Assembly: GCA_020831715.1 (NCBI GenBank)
Contig: JAFIGA010000189.1
Coordinates: forward strand, 11,853-75,852
Source: Leptospira sp.
GTDB lineage: Bacteria > Spirochaetota > Leptospiria > Leptospirales > Leptospiraceae
DNA length: 64,000 nucleotides
Direction: 5' to 3'
How positions within the stretch are numbered: the first letter of the stretch is position 1; the number at the start of each line of letters is the position of its first letter. Shown piece after piece: positions 19,634 through 29,085 of the stretch. Position numbers and translations under genes: made by a program. The notes beneath the pieces are model-generated. The model saw only the letters and a program-made list of their open reading frames with translations. It was not told where the DNA came from and did no database searches.

Positions 19634-21187
19634 TTAATTATTTAGTTTATTCTTAAGTATCTTTATCGCATCTTTCTTTTTATATGATAAACGTAGATAC
19701 TCCTTAGCTGACTTTTCATTTGGATCTACAAGTAGAATGTTTTCAAATATTTCTATAGATTTATCATAATTCCGTTCATTGTACTGAGCTATCCCCTCTT
19801 TCAAATAGTTGGGGATCTTGGTAGACTCAGATCTTCGAATAGCTGCTAAATCAGCTGATGCCTTTCCGTTGCTTGATAAAGTTCTTAGACTGGAAAGGTA
19901 TTGTTTGATTGCGTCAAATGGCTTTCCGCTTCTGGCGAGCTGATTTCCCCTGGATCGCTCTTGTTCACTTTGTGCAAGAACCGACTTTTTATATCCTTCT
20001 CGAGCTGTGTCGTTATTTGGATTAATAGCCAATACTTTCTGATATTCTGCTCTGGCATAAGAGTATTGACTCGCTGCGTAATATTTTCTAGCATTTGCTA
20101 AAAGTTCCCGGGTCCTAGTCCCGGTCATTTTCTCAATCACCAATGATTGGTAAGTCTGAGCCGCTTTGTTGTCAGGATCCTTTTTTAAGATAACATCGAA
20201 TACCTTTCTTGCGGATTTCAGCTTATCTTCATTTAGAAGCGCTATACCTGCGGCAAATAATTTTGTTAATTTTGCACGCTCTAAAATCTGTTGCGGTAAC
20301 TCTATCCCTGATTCCCTTGCATAGTCTTCATTCAGATAAAATGCTGATTGAGAAGGGAGAACAACTCTCTCATCTATGCAAGTTGATTCTTTATTCAATA
20401 TTCGATTCGCCATTGATCCGGTTTCAACACCGATCTTACTATATTCCGGACTTATGGCAAATGTAGCCCCTACTCTGACTAATGTAGGAAAAGAAGTCAT
20501 TAAAATAATTCCATTTTCTTTGCTATATTTTGATAATTCCTCAAACCTAGCTTGATTATAAAGTGGATCGGATATCATATAGAAAGCTTGAGTTTTTTCA
20601 TCCAGACTTTTTAATTTGGTCGAAAACTCATCAGCTTTTACTTGCTTGGAATTATACAACAATTTATATCTAAGATCAAGAAATGCACCTTCATATGCAG
20701 TAAATTTAGTATCATCCGAAGAATAGAAACCTACTACATTTTGGATATTTGGATCTATATCTTTTAAAGTTTGAAAGAATTCTTCCACAGAAATATCCAT
20801 ACTAACGCCACATAAGTTCTTCTGACCCAATTCCAAAGTCTTGGGGTTGTTGACCATTGAAAATACGATCGGCGTCTTTCTTAAATTTTCTTTAGCAACT
20901 TTGGTTGCTTGTGGTCCAATTGTAATAACTAACGGAACTCCTGAATTTTCCAGATTTTGAAAATAGGACTCAATCGATGAATATTCGGAATTTATAATGT
21001 CTAGGTAGGAAATTTTCACTTCTCTTTCTATGACAGATTGAATACCATATAAACTCTGTTCATAGATAGAATTATCCGATGATAAAATAACCTCAATAGA
21101 GGCAGGTTCATCTGCACTCACCAGATGAGGAAACAAAAGACTCAGGATTATGAGATATTTAATTAAAAGAGAAGACGACTTTTTCAT
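19634..21187 (-). CDS. periplasmic ABC_sub_bind-like binding protein fused to TPR repeats
   Basis: ATG at 21187 lies 1 nt after the upstream stop and gives the signal peptide MKKSSSLLIKYLIILSLLFPHLVSADE. The N-terminal ~300 aa resemble the PF04392-type binding fold (PIVFSMVNNP, NLCGVSMD, AFYMISDPLYN). The C-terminus has TPR-like repeats. Confidence 0.65.
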   Translation of the reverse strand: MKKSSSLLIKYLIILSLLFPHLVSADEPASIEVILSSDNSIYEQSLYGIQSVIEREVKISYLDIINSEYSSIESYFQNLENSGVPLVITIGPQATKVAKENLRKTPIVFSMVNNPKTLELGQKNLCGVSMDISVEEFFQTLKDIDPNIQNVVGFYSSDDTKFTAYEGAFLDLRYKLLYNSKQVKADEFSTKLKSLDEKTQAFYMISDPLYNQARFEELSKYSKENGIILMTSFPTLVRVGATFAISPEYSKIGVETGSMANRILNKESTCIDERVVLPSQSAFYLNEDYARESGIELPQQILERAKLTKLFAAGIALLNEDKLKSARKVFDVILKKDPDNKAAQTYQSLVIEKMTGTRTRELLANARKYYAASQYSYARAEYQKVLAINPNNDTAREGYKKSVLAQSEQERSRGNQLARSGKPFDAIKQYLSSLRTLSSNGKASADLAAIRRSESTKIPNYLKEGIAQYNERNYDKSIEIFENILLVDPNEKSAKEYLRLSYKKKDAIKILKNKLNN

Positions 21188-21188
21188 A

Positions 21189-23807
21189 TTAAACATCCTC
21201 TTTAAATGTAGCAGATAATTTATCTTGCTCAAATTTTTCCAATCTAGACAAGTTTATCTGTGCTTTTTGAAAATCAGGTTTCAGTTCGATTGCCCGATTC
21301 CATGACTCTTTTGCCTTTCCATAATCTTTCAATCTATAGTAGATACTGCCAATATTGTTATGAGCGTGATGATTTCTAGGCGCAATTTTCAACGATTCTG
21401 TATAAGATTGAACTGCAGATGGAAGATCATTCAATAAAGAATAACAATTTCCCAATCTAAAATGAACCCATGGATTGCTCGGATCTAATTTGCAAGCTTC
21501 CAAGTAATTCTCCATAGACTCTTTGTATTGCTTGGCTTGATAAGATTCATCAGCCAGTTGAACATAATCTTCAGAAGTAAGTTGTTTTGCTTCCGGTTCT
21601 TCATCCGGCTCATCGAATACAACAACATCTGCATTGACTTCTTTTTCGAGTTCAGATTCCAAAGATTCATTATCATATTCAATAATGCTATCAACTTTCT
21701 CTTTGTTTTCACTGATTTTGAGTAAATCCTTAGCCTTGGGATCGATAGCCGATGCCTTGTCAGCCATATATCGCGATCTGGATTCTATTCCCAAGTCCTT
21801 ATAAACAATAGATAAATTAATTAAGTTTAGGTAATTTTCGGAGTCTCTTAAATACAATCTTTCCCCATAATCAGCGGCTTCATTCAACTGACCTAATAGA
21901 CGATATGTGTTAGAAATTACATAGATATATTCATTATCACCAGGATTGATCTCAGAATATGATAAAAAGCAATCCAACGCTTTCAAATATTCTTTTCGAT
22001 TGAAATAAATATTACCCAATAGCTTAAGTAATTCAGGATAGGATTCTTCACTATGAATTAATCCTTCAATCCTTTCGAGAGCTTCTTGTTCTTTACCAAC
22101 TTGAACTAAGTCGTATCCTTCTTGAATAGCCTCTTCCACTTCATAAGGAATAGAAATAATTTCTTCTTCTTCTCTGCCTTCTTTGAATGAGATTCTCAGT
22201 ATTGATAAATCATCAGTGATTGCACCTTGATCTTTTAAAAGTCCGACTATTTTATTTAAATCACCACTTGCATCTTCAACCCTTTTAAGGTACTCATACT
22301 CATCCTCATTCATGATGGTTCCCCCATCATCTTGAGTAATTAAGATGTCATCCCTCCCGTCCGATCCGGCAAATACAACATCACCAGGCATCATTTGAAA
22401 TACTCGAATAGCAAATCGATCCTCTTGACCGGGTGTGCCTAACTTTCTCAGAGTCAACTCTTCTTCCAAGAAAGATGCCTTGCCATCCCTATACAATACT
22501 GTCCAAGGATGTTCTGCATTGATATAATACATCAATCCGGTTACATCATCTACTAGACCCATGCACACTGAAATATACATAGAACCATCGAAGGTCATAA
22601 AAACATTTTGAAGATCCAAAAATCTTTCTTTGAGCCAAATTTCAGGGTGAACCTTGGAATTTTTTTCAATCTTACTTCTCATGATTCCTGAATTGAAAAC
22701 AACTCCAAATACAAGTGCCCCTCCCGCTCCTTGAATGGATTTGCCCATAGCATCCCCATTCATAAAAACAGTATATTCACGGCCATTTAGTTTAATTGAA
22801 TCAGTTATACATATATCCCCACCAATTTGGGAATTCCATTTTCTGAATTTGAATTTCTTCTTCTGTTCTACAAAAAAATCCGTTACAACGTTGTGAGTAT
22901 TATTGTTGTTGAATTGAAGAGGTTCTAGTAAAAGTGATGTTAAATAGTAATCTCCATCTTGTGCCTCTTTTAATGCCTGCACTTCTTGAAGAGTTTTATT
23001 CAATTCATCGGTTCTCTGGACAACCATGGATTCCAAATTATTTGTAAAATCCTGAATCTGGTGAGTCATGTGGTTAAAGGTATTGGCTAATTGGCCTATT
23101 TCATCTTTTCCCTCTATGGGGATGCGATAATTCAGATCCCCGTCACCAATCAATCTGGCTCCCTCAGAGAGAATCTGAATGGGTCTCGAAAAGGCAAATG
23201 CGGCAATCAGAGCTACAATTATCCCAATACCAAAAAGTATAGATGATACCACTAGAATCGTTCTTCGAATCTGAACAACCGGTTCATAAACCTTATCACG
23301 GTCAAAATCAAAGACCGCTGTTCCAACTCGCATTTTTTCACCTTTATATTCGATGAAAATAGGATAGATAAATTGCAAAACTTTGACACCATCCAAATTT
23401 AGTTCGGAGAGGGTTAGTTCTGTCAGAGATGTAAAGTATTCCAATCGATCCGAATCGGGCTTTTCACCCAATAGTGTGTCATTCATATCCGCTACATACA
23501 AACCATCAATGTTCAATACATAAGAATTGATCAATCCGGATATTTCGGATTGTGGTAGACGAGAAAGAGATGTTCTCGTAGCATCGTAGGTTTCATTAAT
23601 TAGGAGTTCTTCTGTGGCAAGATTTGCGATGTTATTTGCTAAATTACGACATACTTCAAATGTTTTGTCCAATACCACAGCCTGGTTTCGGTAGAGAACA
23701 ATTAGCGATAGCGGGAGAACAGAAAGTAAAACGACGCCGCAAACCAAGAAAATCATCTTGGTTCTTATTTTTAAATTGGAAGAGAATGACTGTATTAATT
23801 TGACCAT
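21189..23807 (-). CDS. membrane sensor PP2C (SpoIIE/RsbU-type) phosphatase with HAMP and TPR domains
   Basis: N-terminal TM, extracytoplasmic region and second TM. HAMP (RPIQILSEGARLIGDGDLNYRI .. GQLANTFNHMT). PP2C core (GGDICITD .. FMNGDAMGKSIQGAGGALVFG .. VVFAGSDGRDD). Multiple C-terminal TPRs. Confidence 0.85.
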   Translation of the reverse strand: MVKLIQSFSSNLKIRTKMIFLVCGVVLLSVLPLSLIVLYRNQAVVLDKTFEVCRNLANNIANLATEELLINETYDATRTSLSRLPQSEISGLINSYVLNIDGLYVADMNDTLLGEKPDSDRLEYFTSLTELTLSELNLDGVKVLQFIYPIFIEYKGEKMRVGTAVFDFDRDKVYEPVVQIRRTILVVSSILFGIGIIVALIAAFAFSRPIQILSEGARLIGDGDLNYRIPIEGKDEIGQLANTFNHMTHQIQDFTNNLESMVVQRTDELNKTLQEVQALKEAQDGDYYLTSLLLEPLQFNNNNTHNVVTDFFVEQKKKFKFRKWNSQIGGDICITDSIKLNGREYTVFMNGDAMGKSIQGAGGALVFGVVFNSGIMRSKIEKNSKVHPEIWLKERFLDLQNVFMTFDGSMYISVCMGLVDDVTGLMYYINAEHPWTVLYRDGKASFLEEELTLRKLGTPGQEDRFAIRVFQMMPGDVVFAGSDGRDDILITQDDGGTIMNEDEYEYLKRVEDASGDLNKIVGLLKDQGAITDDLSILRISFKEGREEEEIISIPYEVEEAIQEGYDLVQVGKEQEALERIEGLIHSEESYPELLKLLGNIYFNRKEYLKALDCFLSYSEINPGDNEYIYVISNTYRLLGQLNEAADYGERLYLRDSENYLNLINLSIVYKDLGIESRSRYMADKASAIDPKAKDLLKISENKEKVDSIIEYDNESLESELEKEVNADVVVFDEPDEEPEAKQLTSEDYVQLADESYQAKQYKESMENYLEACKLDPSNPWVHFRLGNCYSLLNDLPSAVQSYTESLKIAPRNHHAHNNIGSIYYRLKDYGKAKESWNRAIELKPDFQKAQINLSRLEKFEQDKLSATFKEDV

Positions 23808-23835
23808 ATCTAAATTCTGGAATTTATACTAAGCT

Positions 23836-24546
23836 ATGGAATTGAATAATAGTCAACCAAAAAGCCAAAAAAAGAATCAATACGATGCTTTTTTTTATCA
23901 AAAAATTTCCAAGAATGCTATTTTCGAATACAGGAAAAAAGAAAAGCACCTGAACGCTGTTCTTCTATGGCTTTCTCTATCATCTATAGTTATTTTAGGA
24001 ATATTATTCTACTTACTACCGATGGAAACACTGTTCAAAGATACATTATTAGGTGACATATTTAATTACTTCTTATCACAATTTACCAGTAGAACATTGT
24101 TCGGAGTATATTTAACTTCATTATTTGGAGGTTTATTCTTTCTGATGTTTCCATTGGAATTATATTTTTTTGCAATGCTACAAGAAGTTCAAGATCCGGA
24201 ATATTATTTAATAATTTATTTTATGGGAGTATTTAGTGCTCAGACTTTAAATTATTGGCTCGGATTGAGAGCCTACCGAATTTGCAAGATCATCATTCCT
24301 CCACAAAAGTTTTATAAAATGAAAGGATCCTTAAATAGATGGGGGGTTTGGATGATACTTTTCATGAACATGTTGCCTCTGCCCTCTCCGGTATTCTCTA
24401 CCGCCTTAGGGGCTTTTCGCTATAACTTCAGAAGATTTCTGGTATTCATGGGAATTGGTTCTTTCATTCTGTATCTAAGCATGTTTCTAATTGTTAAATA
24501 TATGCTGGCTTATGACTTTGAGGAGTTATCATGGATAAAATTCTAA
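23836..24546 (+). CDS. YqaA/DedA-like (SNARE-associated domain) membrane protein
   Basis: Polytopic protein with FGGLFFLMFPLE and QTLNYWLGLRAYR strings, reminiscent of YqaA-type proteins. Confidence 0.45.
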   Translation: MELNNSQPKSQKKNQYDAFFYQKISKNAIFEYRKKEKHLNAVLLWLSLSSIVILGILFYLLPMETLFKDTLLGDIFNYFLSQFTSRTLFGVYLTSLFGGLFFLMFPLELYFFAMLQEVQDPEYYLIIYFMGVFSAQTLNYWLGLRAYRICKIIIPPQKFYKMKGSLNRWGVWMILFMNMLPLPSPVFSTALGAFRYNFRRFLVFMGIGSFILYLSMFLIVKYMLAYDFEELSWIKF

Positions 24547-24986
24547 ATGGTTCTGAAGATACCGGTATTTCATTCTGGAGTATGTTCCTGAAGAAAGTAC
24601 TATCTAAGTCCGGTCAGAATTCAGGAAGAATCTGGTCTATTCAGATGAAGTCGAACAAGATCCTATACTTTCATATATTCTATAAATTTAGATTGATCCA
24701 ATTGGATGCAAAATATGTTAAAAACCTCGATGGACTGAGCTCCAATAAAAAAATTCTTTTGGATATAGACCCAATCTATTTATATCGAGGAAGATTTGTA
24801 TTTGATGAAGATGGTAAAAAATTAGGAAAAATTTCCAGACTGGAACAACTGGGTTTCTACAATGATTTTGATGCGATACTTGTGAAAAAAAAGTTCTATC
24901 TACCCGGTAAACGATTCGACAAAAAGCAGATTAAGGTGTTCCAGAAAAACATAATTTTAAAATCCGGTGATGCAAGTTGGACCTAA
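24531..24986 (+). CDS. PRC-barrel-like protein
   Basis: The C-terminal segment YRGRFVFDEDGKKLGKISRLE .. AILVKKKFYLPGKRFDKKQIKVFQKNIILK fits the PRC-barrel pattern. The start is uncertain; the ORF overlaps the upstream gene by 16 nt. Confidence 0.4.
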   Translation: MDKILNGSEDTGISFWSMFLKKVLSKSGQNSGRIWSIQMKSNKILYFHIFYKFRLIQLDAKYVKNLDGLSSNKKILLDIDPIYLYRGRFVFDEDGKKLGKISRLEQLGFYNDFDAILVKKKFYLPGKRFDKKQIKVFQKNIILKSGDASWT

Positions 24987-25426
24987 CCTCAGACGATATA
25001 CTTGGAAAAGAAGCTGTAGATCCTGAGGGAGAGATTCTAGGTGTAGTGATGAAACTACATTTAGATAGAGAAAAGAATATGATTTTAGGAATTACAGTAG
25101 ATCAAGGAATGTGGAAACCGGATCTTTTCATAGGTATCGATTTTATTGAAAAGTTTGGAGTAGATGCAGTTTTCCTAAATAAAATACCAATATCCAAATA
25201 CAAAGGTTTCCGTGTTTATACCTTTGATGGTATTTCAGTTGGTAGGGTATCTGAAGTGAATTTGAATGAAGAAAAGATCCAATCCTTTTCTATTTCCATT
25301 TCAGATGAAGATTCCCGATCCCCCTTCAAGAGGAAGCAATTGATTGTTTCCAAAAATGAAATTTCGGAGATCGGTTATTCAATTATACTCAAAAAATCTT
25401 TTAGATTCCCAAACGCTGAAAAATAA
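24977..25426 (+). CDS. PRC-barrel domain protein
   Basis: ILGKEAVDPEGEILGVVMKLHLDREKNMILGITV, and a second half-repeat FDGISVGRVSEVNLNEEKIQSFSI. TTG start. Confidence 0.6.
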   Translation: MDLTSDDILGKEAVDPEGEILGVVMKLHLDREKNMILGITVDQGMWKPDLFIGIDFIEKFGVDAVFLNKIPISKYKGFRVYTFDGISVGRVSEVNLNEEKIQSFSISISDEDSRSPFKRKQLIVSKNEISEIGYSIILKKSFRFPNAEK

Positions 25427-26699
25427 AATCCACTTTTTCCAAATAAGGTTCAATTCTAAAGATTTCGTCCAAATCAGAATCCTTAAGAATGTCCTTGGAT
25501 CTTGAATCTTCTTTCAATCTGTCCTTTAGATGGGAATCAGGATTAGCCCAGACATGCATAGCATTGTCCTGCACAATAGCATACGCATCCTCTCTTGATA
25601 TTTTACCCTTATCTATTAAGTTCAATAAAACTTTCTGTGAAAATATCAATCCACGAGTTGCATTCAGTGTTCTGCCAATGTTTTCCGGATATACATGGAG
25701 CCCGTCCAATACAAAGTTCATCTTGTTCAATATATAATCCAAACCTATTGTGGAGTCAGGAAGTACAATTCGTTCAGCTGAAGAATGAGAAATATCCCTC
25801 TCATGCCATAGTGGCATATCTTGAAATCCAACATTTGCATTGGCACGAATTACTCTTGCTATTCCACAGATTCTTTCACATACAACCGGATTTCTTTTAT
25901 GAGGCATTGCTGAGGAACCCTTTTGTCCCTTGGCAAATGGCTCTTCCACTTCCCTTCCTTCGGTCTTCTGGAGAAGTCTGATTTCTTGAGCCATACGATC
26001 CAAACTGGATGCTACAATAGCAAGCACAGACAGATAAAAAGCATGTCGATCTCTGTTGATCACTTGCGTGGCTATCGGGTCCACTTCTAGTCCCATATTG
26101 TCCAATACATATTTTTCTATATCAGGATCAATATTGGAGTAGGTTCCGACTGCTCCGGACAATTTGCCCACAGCGATCTGCCTTCTGGCATCTTTCATTC
26201 TTTCGATATTTCTCTGCATCTCGGCAAAAAATAAGGCAAACTTCAATCCCAATGTCATGGGTTCCGCATGAATTCCATGGGATCTTCCAATGCATGGTAA
26301 ATCTTTATATTCCTTCGCCTTACGCTTGGCAGTTTCTGTTAGTGTCTCTGCTCTTTTGATCAGTAGATCCATGGCTTCAACCATCTGCACACAGAGTGCG
26401 GTATCTCCCACATCAGAAGAAGTAAGACCAAAATGCACATGTCTCGAAGCAGGACCAATATAGGAATTCAGATTCGTTAAATAGGCAATCACATCATGGT
26501 GAACCTTGGCTTCAATTTCCAAAATTTCTTCCACATTGAACTTGGCTTTTTCTTTGATTTCTTTCAAATCCTCAGGAGGAACTTCTCCTTTTTTGGATCG
26601 TGCCTCACAGGCTAGAATTTCAATTTTCGTCCAGATGCGAAATTTATTTTCAAGATCCCATATTTTGGAAATCTCCGGGTTAGAATATCTTTCTATCAT
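25401..26699 (-). CDS. purB: adenylosuccinate lyase
   Basis: Characteristic N-terminus MIERYSNPEISKIWDLENKF and fumarate-lyase signature GSSAMPHKRNP. Confidence 0.95.
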   Translation of the reverse strand: MIERYSNPEISKIWDLENKFRIWTKIEILACEARSKKGEVPPEDLKEIKEKAKFNVEEILEIEAKVHHDVIAYLTNLNSYIGPASRHVHFGLTSSDVGDTALCVQMVEAMDLLIKRAETLTETAKRKAKEYKDLPCIGRSHGIHAEPMTLGLKFALFFAEMQRNIERMKDARRQIAVGKLSGAVGTYSNIDPDIEKYVLDNMGLEVDPIATQVINRDRHAFYLSVLAIVASSLDRMAQEIRLLQKTEGREVEEPFAKGQKGSSAMPHKRNPVVCERICGIARVIRANANVGFQDMPLWHERDISHSSAERIVLPDSTIGLDYILNKMNFVLDGLHVYPENIGRTLNATRGLIFSQKVLLNLIDKGKISREDAYAIVQDNAMHVWANPDSHLKDRLKEDSRSKDILKDSDLDEIFRIEPYLEKVDFIFQRLGI

Positions 26700-26744
26700 A
26701 AGGAAAGTTTTTCTCGAGGTGGTATAGAATCAAGCAGGATAGTC

Positions 26745-28625
26745 TTATGGAAATACATGTTTCAATATTTCAAAAATCAACTTCTCGGATTCGATTGGTT
26801 TCATCAAAAAACCATTCATACCCGCTTCCTTACAGGAAATTCTCTCCTCATCCGAAGTCAATCCCGTCAAAGCAATGATAGGAATTTGCGAAAGTTTCTT
26901 ATCTTTCAATTTTCTTATTTCTTTAGTGGCATCGATACCGTTCATTTTTGGCATACGAATATCCATCAATATTGCATCATATTCTTTATCATGGATGCGA
27001 TGAATAACCTGCTCTCCGGTCGAGGCAAGAACCACAAATATATTATTTTTTTCCAACATTCTCTTGATATACATTTGATTCGGATAGTTATCTTCTGCCA
27101 ATAGAACTGAAAGTGAACGACCACGATTCTTCCATTTTTCCAATCTAATACTATTTTGTTTTAATATCTCGACAGCTTCACCTTGTTTATCGGTCTTTTT
27201 AAGAACAAAAGAAAACTTTACCTTGGTTCCCTTTCCTATTTCCGATTCAAACTGTATGGATCCCCCGTTTTTCTCAACAATCGATTTAACAATGGCGAGA
27301 CCCAATCCGGATCCTGAGCCCAACCTTGGATCTTGCTTTACATTTTCCACTTGAAAGAATGGATCAAATATTTTGTGAATATATCTTTCTTCTACACCTA
27401 CACCACTGTCTGCAACAGAAAAATGAATTTTTATTATATCGTCCAGATCCTCGACCAAATCAACACCGAAAGAAATCCTACCTGACTCTGTGAATTTAAA
27501 TGCATTGCTGAGTAGATTGGTCAGAACCTGTCTTAATGGTTCTTTTTCTCCTTCCACCCAGTCCGGAATATTGCCGGAGAAATGGTGCCCTAACACTACC
27601 GGCTTCTTTGCAGTATGGACTTTAAAAAATCTATATAGTTCTTGAACCAAATCTCGAATGGAAAACACACTCACGGCTTGTGTCTTTTTATTGGATTGCA
27701 ACTTGGAGATATCCAACAACTCGTTTATCATGTTTAGCAATGATTTGGATGATGAGCGAATTACTTCCAAATACTCTCGTTGTTCTGTTGTTAAGTTTGT
27801 TTCTGCTAGCAATTCCGAATAACCAATAATCCCCGACATCGGAGCTCTTATTTCATGACTTGCTTTTGAGAGGAATTCAGTTTTTTTCTTATCCGATTCC
27901 AAAGCTTCTTGATGAGACTTCTTTAGCTTTTCGGAATTTTCCATATATTCTGTAACATCTGTGAATATTGCTACATAAAATTTTATAGAGCCTTCTTCCT
28001 CTTTATAAATGGTAGAAATGCTCAGGTTTTCTGGATAAACCTCACCGTTGGCTCGCTTATTCCAAATAATTCCCGACCATTCACCTTCTTTCGTTAACTT
28101 GCTATAGAAATCATCATAAAATTCTTCCGAGTGAACACCGGACTTGAGGAAGGAAGGGGACTTTCCATAAATATCCTTCCTTGAGTATCCTGTGATTTTT
28201 TCAAAAGCCGGATTCGCATAGATAATAGCTCCACTATCATTGCATATAAAAAAGCCCTCTTGAAGAACAGAAAAAGCCTGAAAAACTGTTTCAATAATAT
28301 CCTGTTCGCTCTTTTGGTCGGTAATATCCCTCAAGCTTGCAATATAAGATTCTTCTCCATTCCATTTGGTTTTTGCCATTTTTATTTCGGCAATAACTGG
28401 TTGATTTTTAGAATAGGAAACTAAATCGAGTTCAATGGAATGGTATAAATCCAAAGGAATTCCCAGATTTTGATCAAAAAGAACATCTTCATCTCCTCCA
28501 AGTAGCTGGATTGCTTGCTTGTTGGCGAATTCCGTTTTTCCTTCTTTACTTAATACTATAATCCCATCCGGAAAATCATTTAGAATTTGAATTGTATTAT
28601 CGCTTTCTTTGTATTTTGTTAACAT
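26745..28625 (-). CDS. PAS-domain hybrid sensor histidine kinase/response regulator
   Basis: Two PAS-like segments. H-box SHEIRAPMSGIIGY, N-box LTNLLSNAFKFT, G1 ADSGVGV, G2 GSGLGLAIV. Receiver domain VLLAEDN .. LMDIRMPKMNG .. MKP. Confidence 0.9.
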   Translation of the reverse strand: MLTKYKESDNTIQILNDFPDGIIVLSKEGKTEFANKQAIQLLGGDEDVLFDQNLGIPLDLYHSIELDLVSYSKNQPVIAEIKMAKTKWNGEESYIASLRDITDQKSEQDIIETVFQAFSVLQEGFFICNDSGAIIYANPAFEKITGYSRKDIYGKSPSFLKSGVHSEEFYDDFYSKLTKEGEWSGIIWNKRANGEVYPENLSISTIYKEEEGSIKFYVAIFTDVTEYMENSEKLKKSHQEALESDKKKTEFLSKASHEIRAPMSGIIGYSELLAETNLTTEQREYLEVIRSSSKSLLNMINELLDISKLQSNKKTQAVSVFSIRDLVQELYRFFKVHTAKKPVVLGHHFSGNIPDWVEGEKEPLRQVLTNLLSNAFKFTESGRISFGVDLVEDLDDIIKIHFSVADSGVGVEERYIHKIFDPFFQVENVKQDPRLGSGSGLGLAIVKSIVEKNGGSIQFESEIGKGTKVKFSFVLKKTDKQGEAVEILKQNSIRLEKWKNRGRSLSVLLAEDNYPNQMYIKRMLEKNNIFVVLASTGEQVIHRIHDKEYDAILMDIRMPKMNGIDATKEIRKLKDKKLSQIPIIALTGLTSDEERISCKEAGMNGFLMKPIESEKLIFEILKHVFP

Positions 28626-28651
28626 TTTTCAACCTATATTTTTCAACCTAT
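28624..28651 (-). repeat. perfect 14-nt tandem duplication at the translation-initiation region of the hybrid kinase
   Basis: The + strand reads atttttcaacctat twice (28624-28637 and 28638-28651). On the coding strand this is ATAGGTTGAAAAAT x2, running into the ATG. Confidence 0.9.
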
Positions 28652-28692
28652 TTACGATTTAATAAATACTCTAGCTGTTCATCAAGAAATAT

Positions 28693-28971
28693 TTAGTGGT
28701 TTTGATGTATTCCAAGAGCTAACAACACCTGCTCTTTGTTCGATAAATCACCTATGACTCGCGCAATTGAATCAGGTAATTCCCGAATCAATGTGGGAGT
28801 TGCCAATATTTTTTCTCTATGTGCTTCCTCTTCATGGGTCAATACATCGATTATTTCAAAATCATATTCACCTTTCAATTCATCACGACATAATTTTTTT
28901 AAATTTTCCACGGCCACCATTGATCGACTTGTATGGTCTGTGACATAAAGTTTTAAGATATATTTAGGCAT
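28693..28971 (-). CDS. kaiB: KaiB-family protein (thioredoxin-like fold)
   Basis: [84 protein letters not shown] aligns along its whole length with the cyanobacterial KaiB pattern (KLYVAG .. IDVL .. ILATPTL .. IGDLS). Confidence 0.85.
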   Translation of the reverse strand: MPKYILKLYVTDHTSRSMVAVENLKKLCRDELKGEYDFEIIDVLTHEEEAHREKILATPTLIRELPDSIARVIGDLSNKEQVLLALGIHQNH

Positions 28972-29085
28972 AGTTGAATTTTAATCTCACCACTTAGCTT
29001 GCAACAAAAAACATTGTTCTTTTTTAAATTTACCCCTTTTAAAAAAATGTCAAATAGTAAGAAATCAAACAAAAGGAATAATTTT

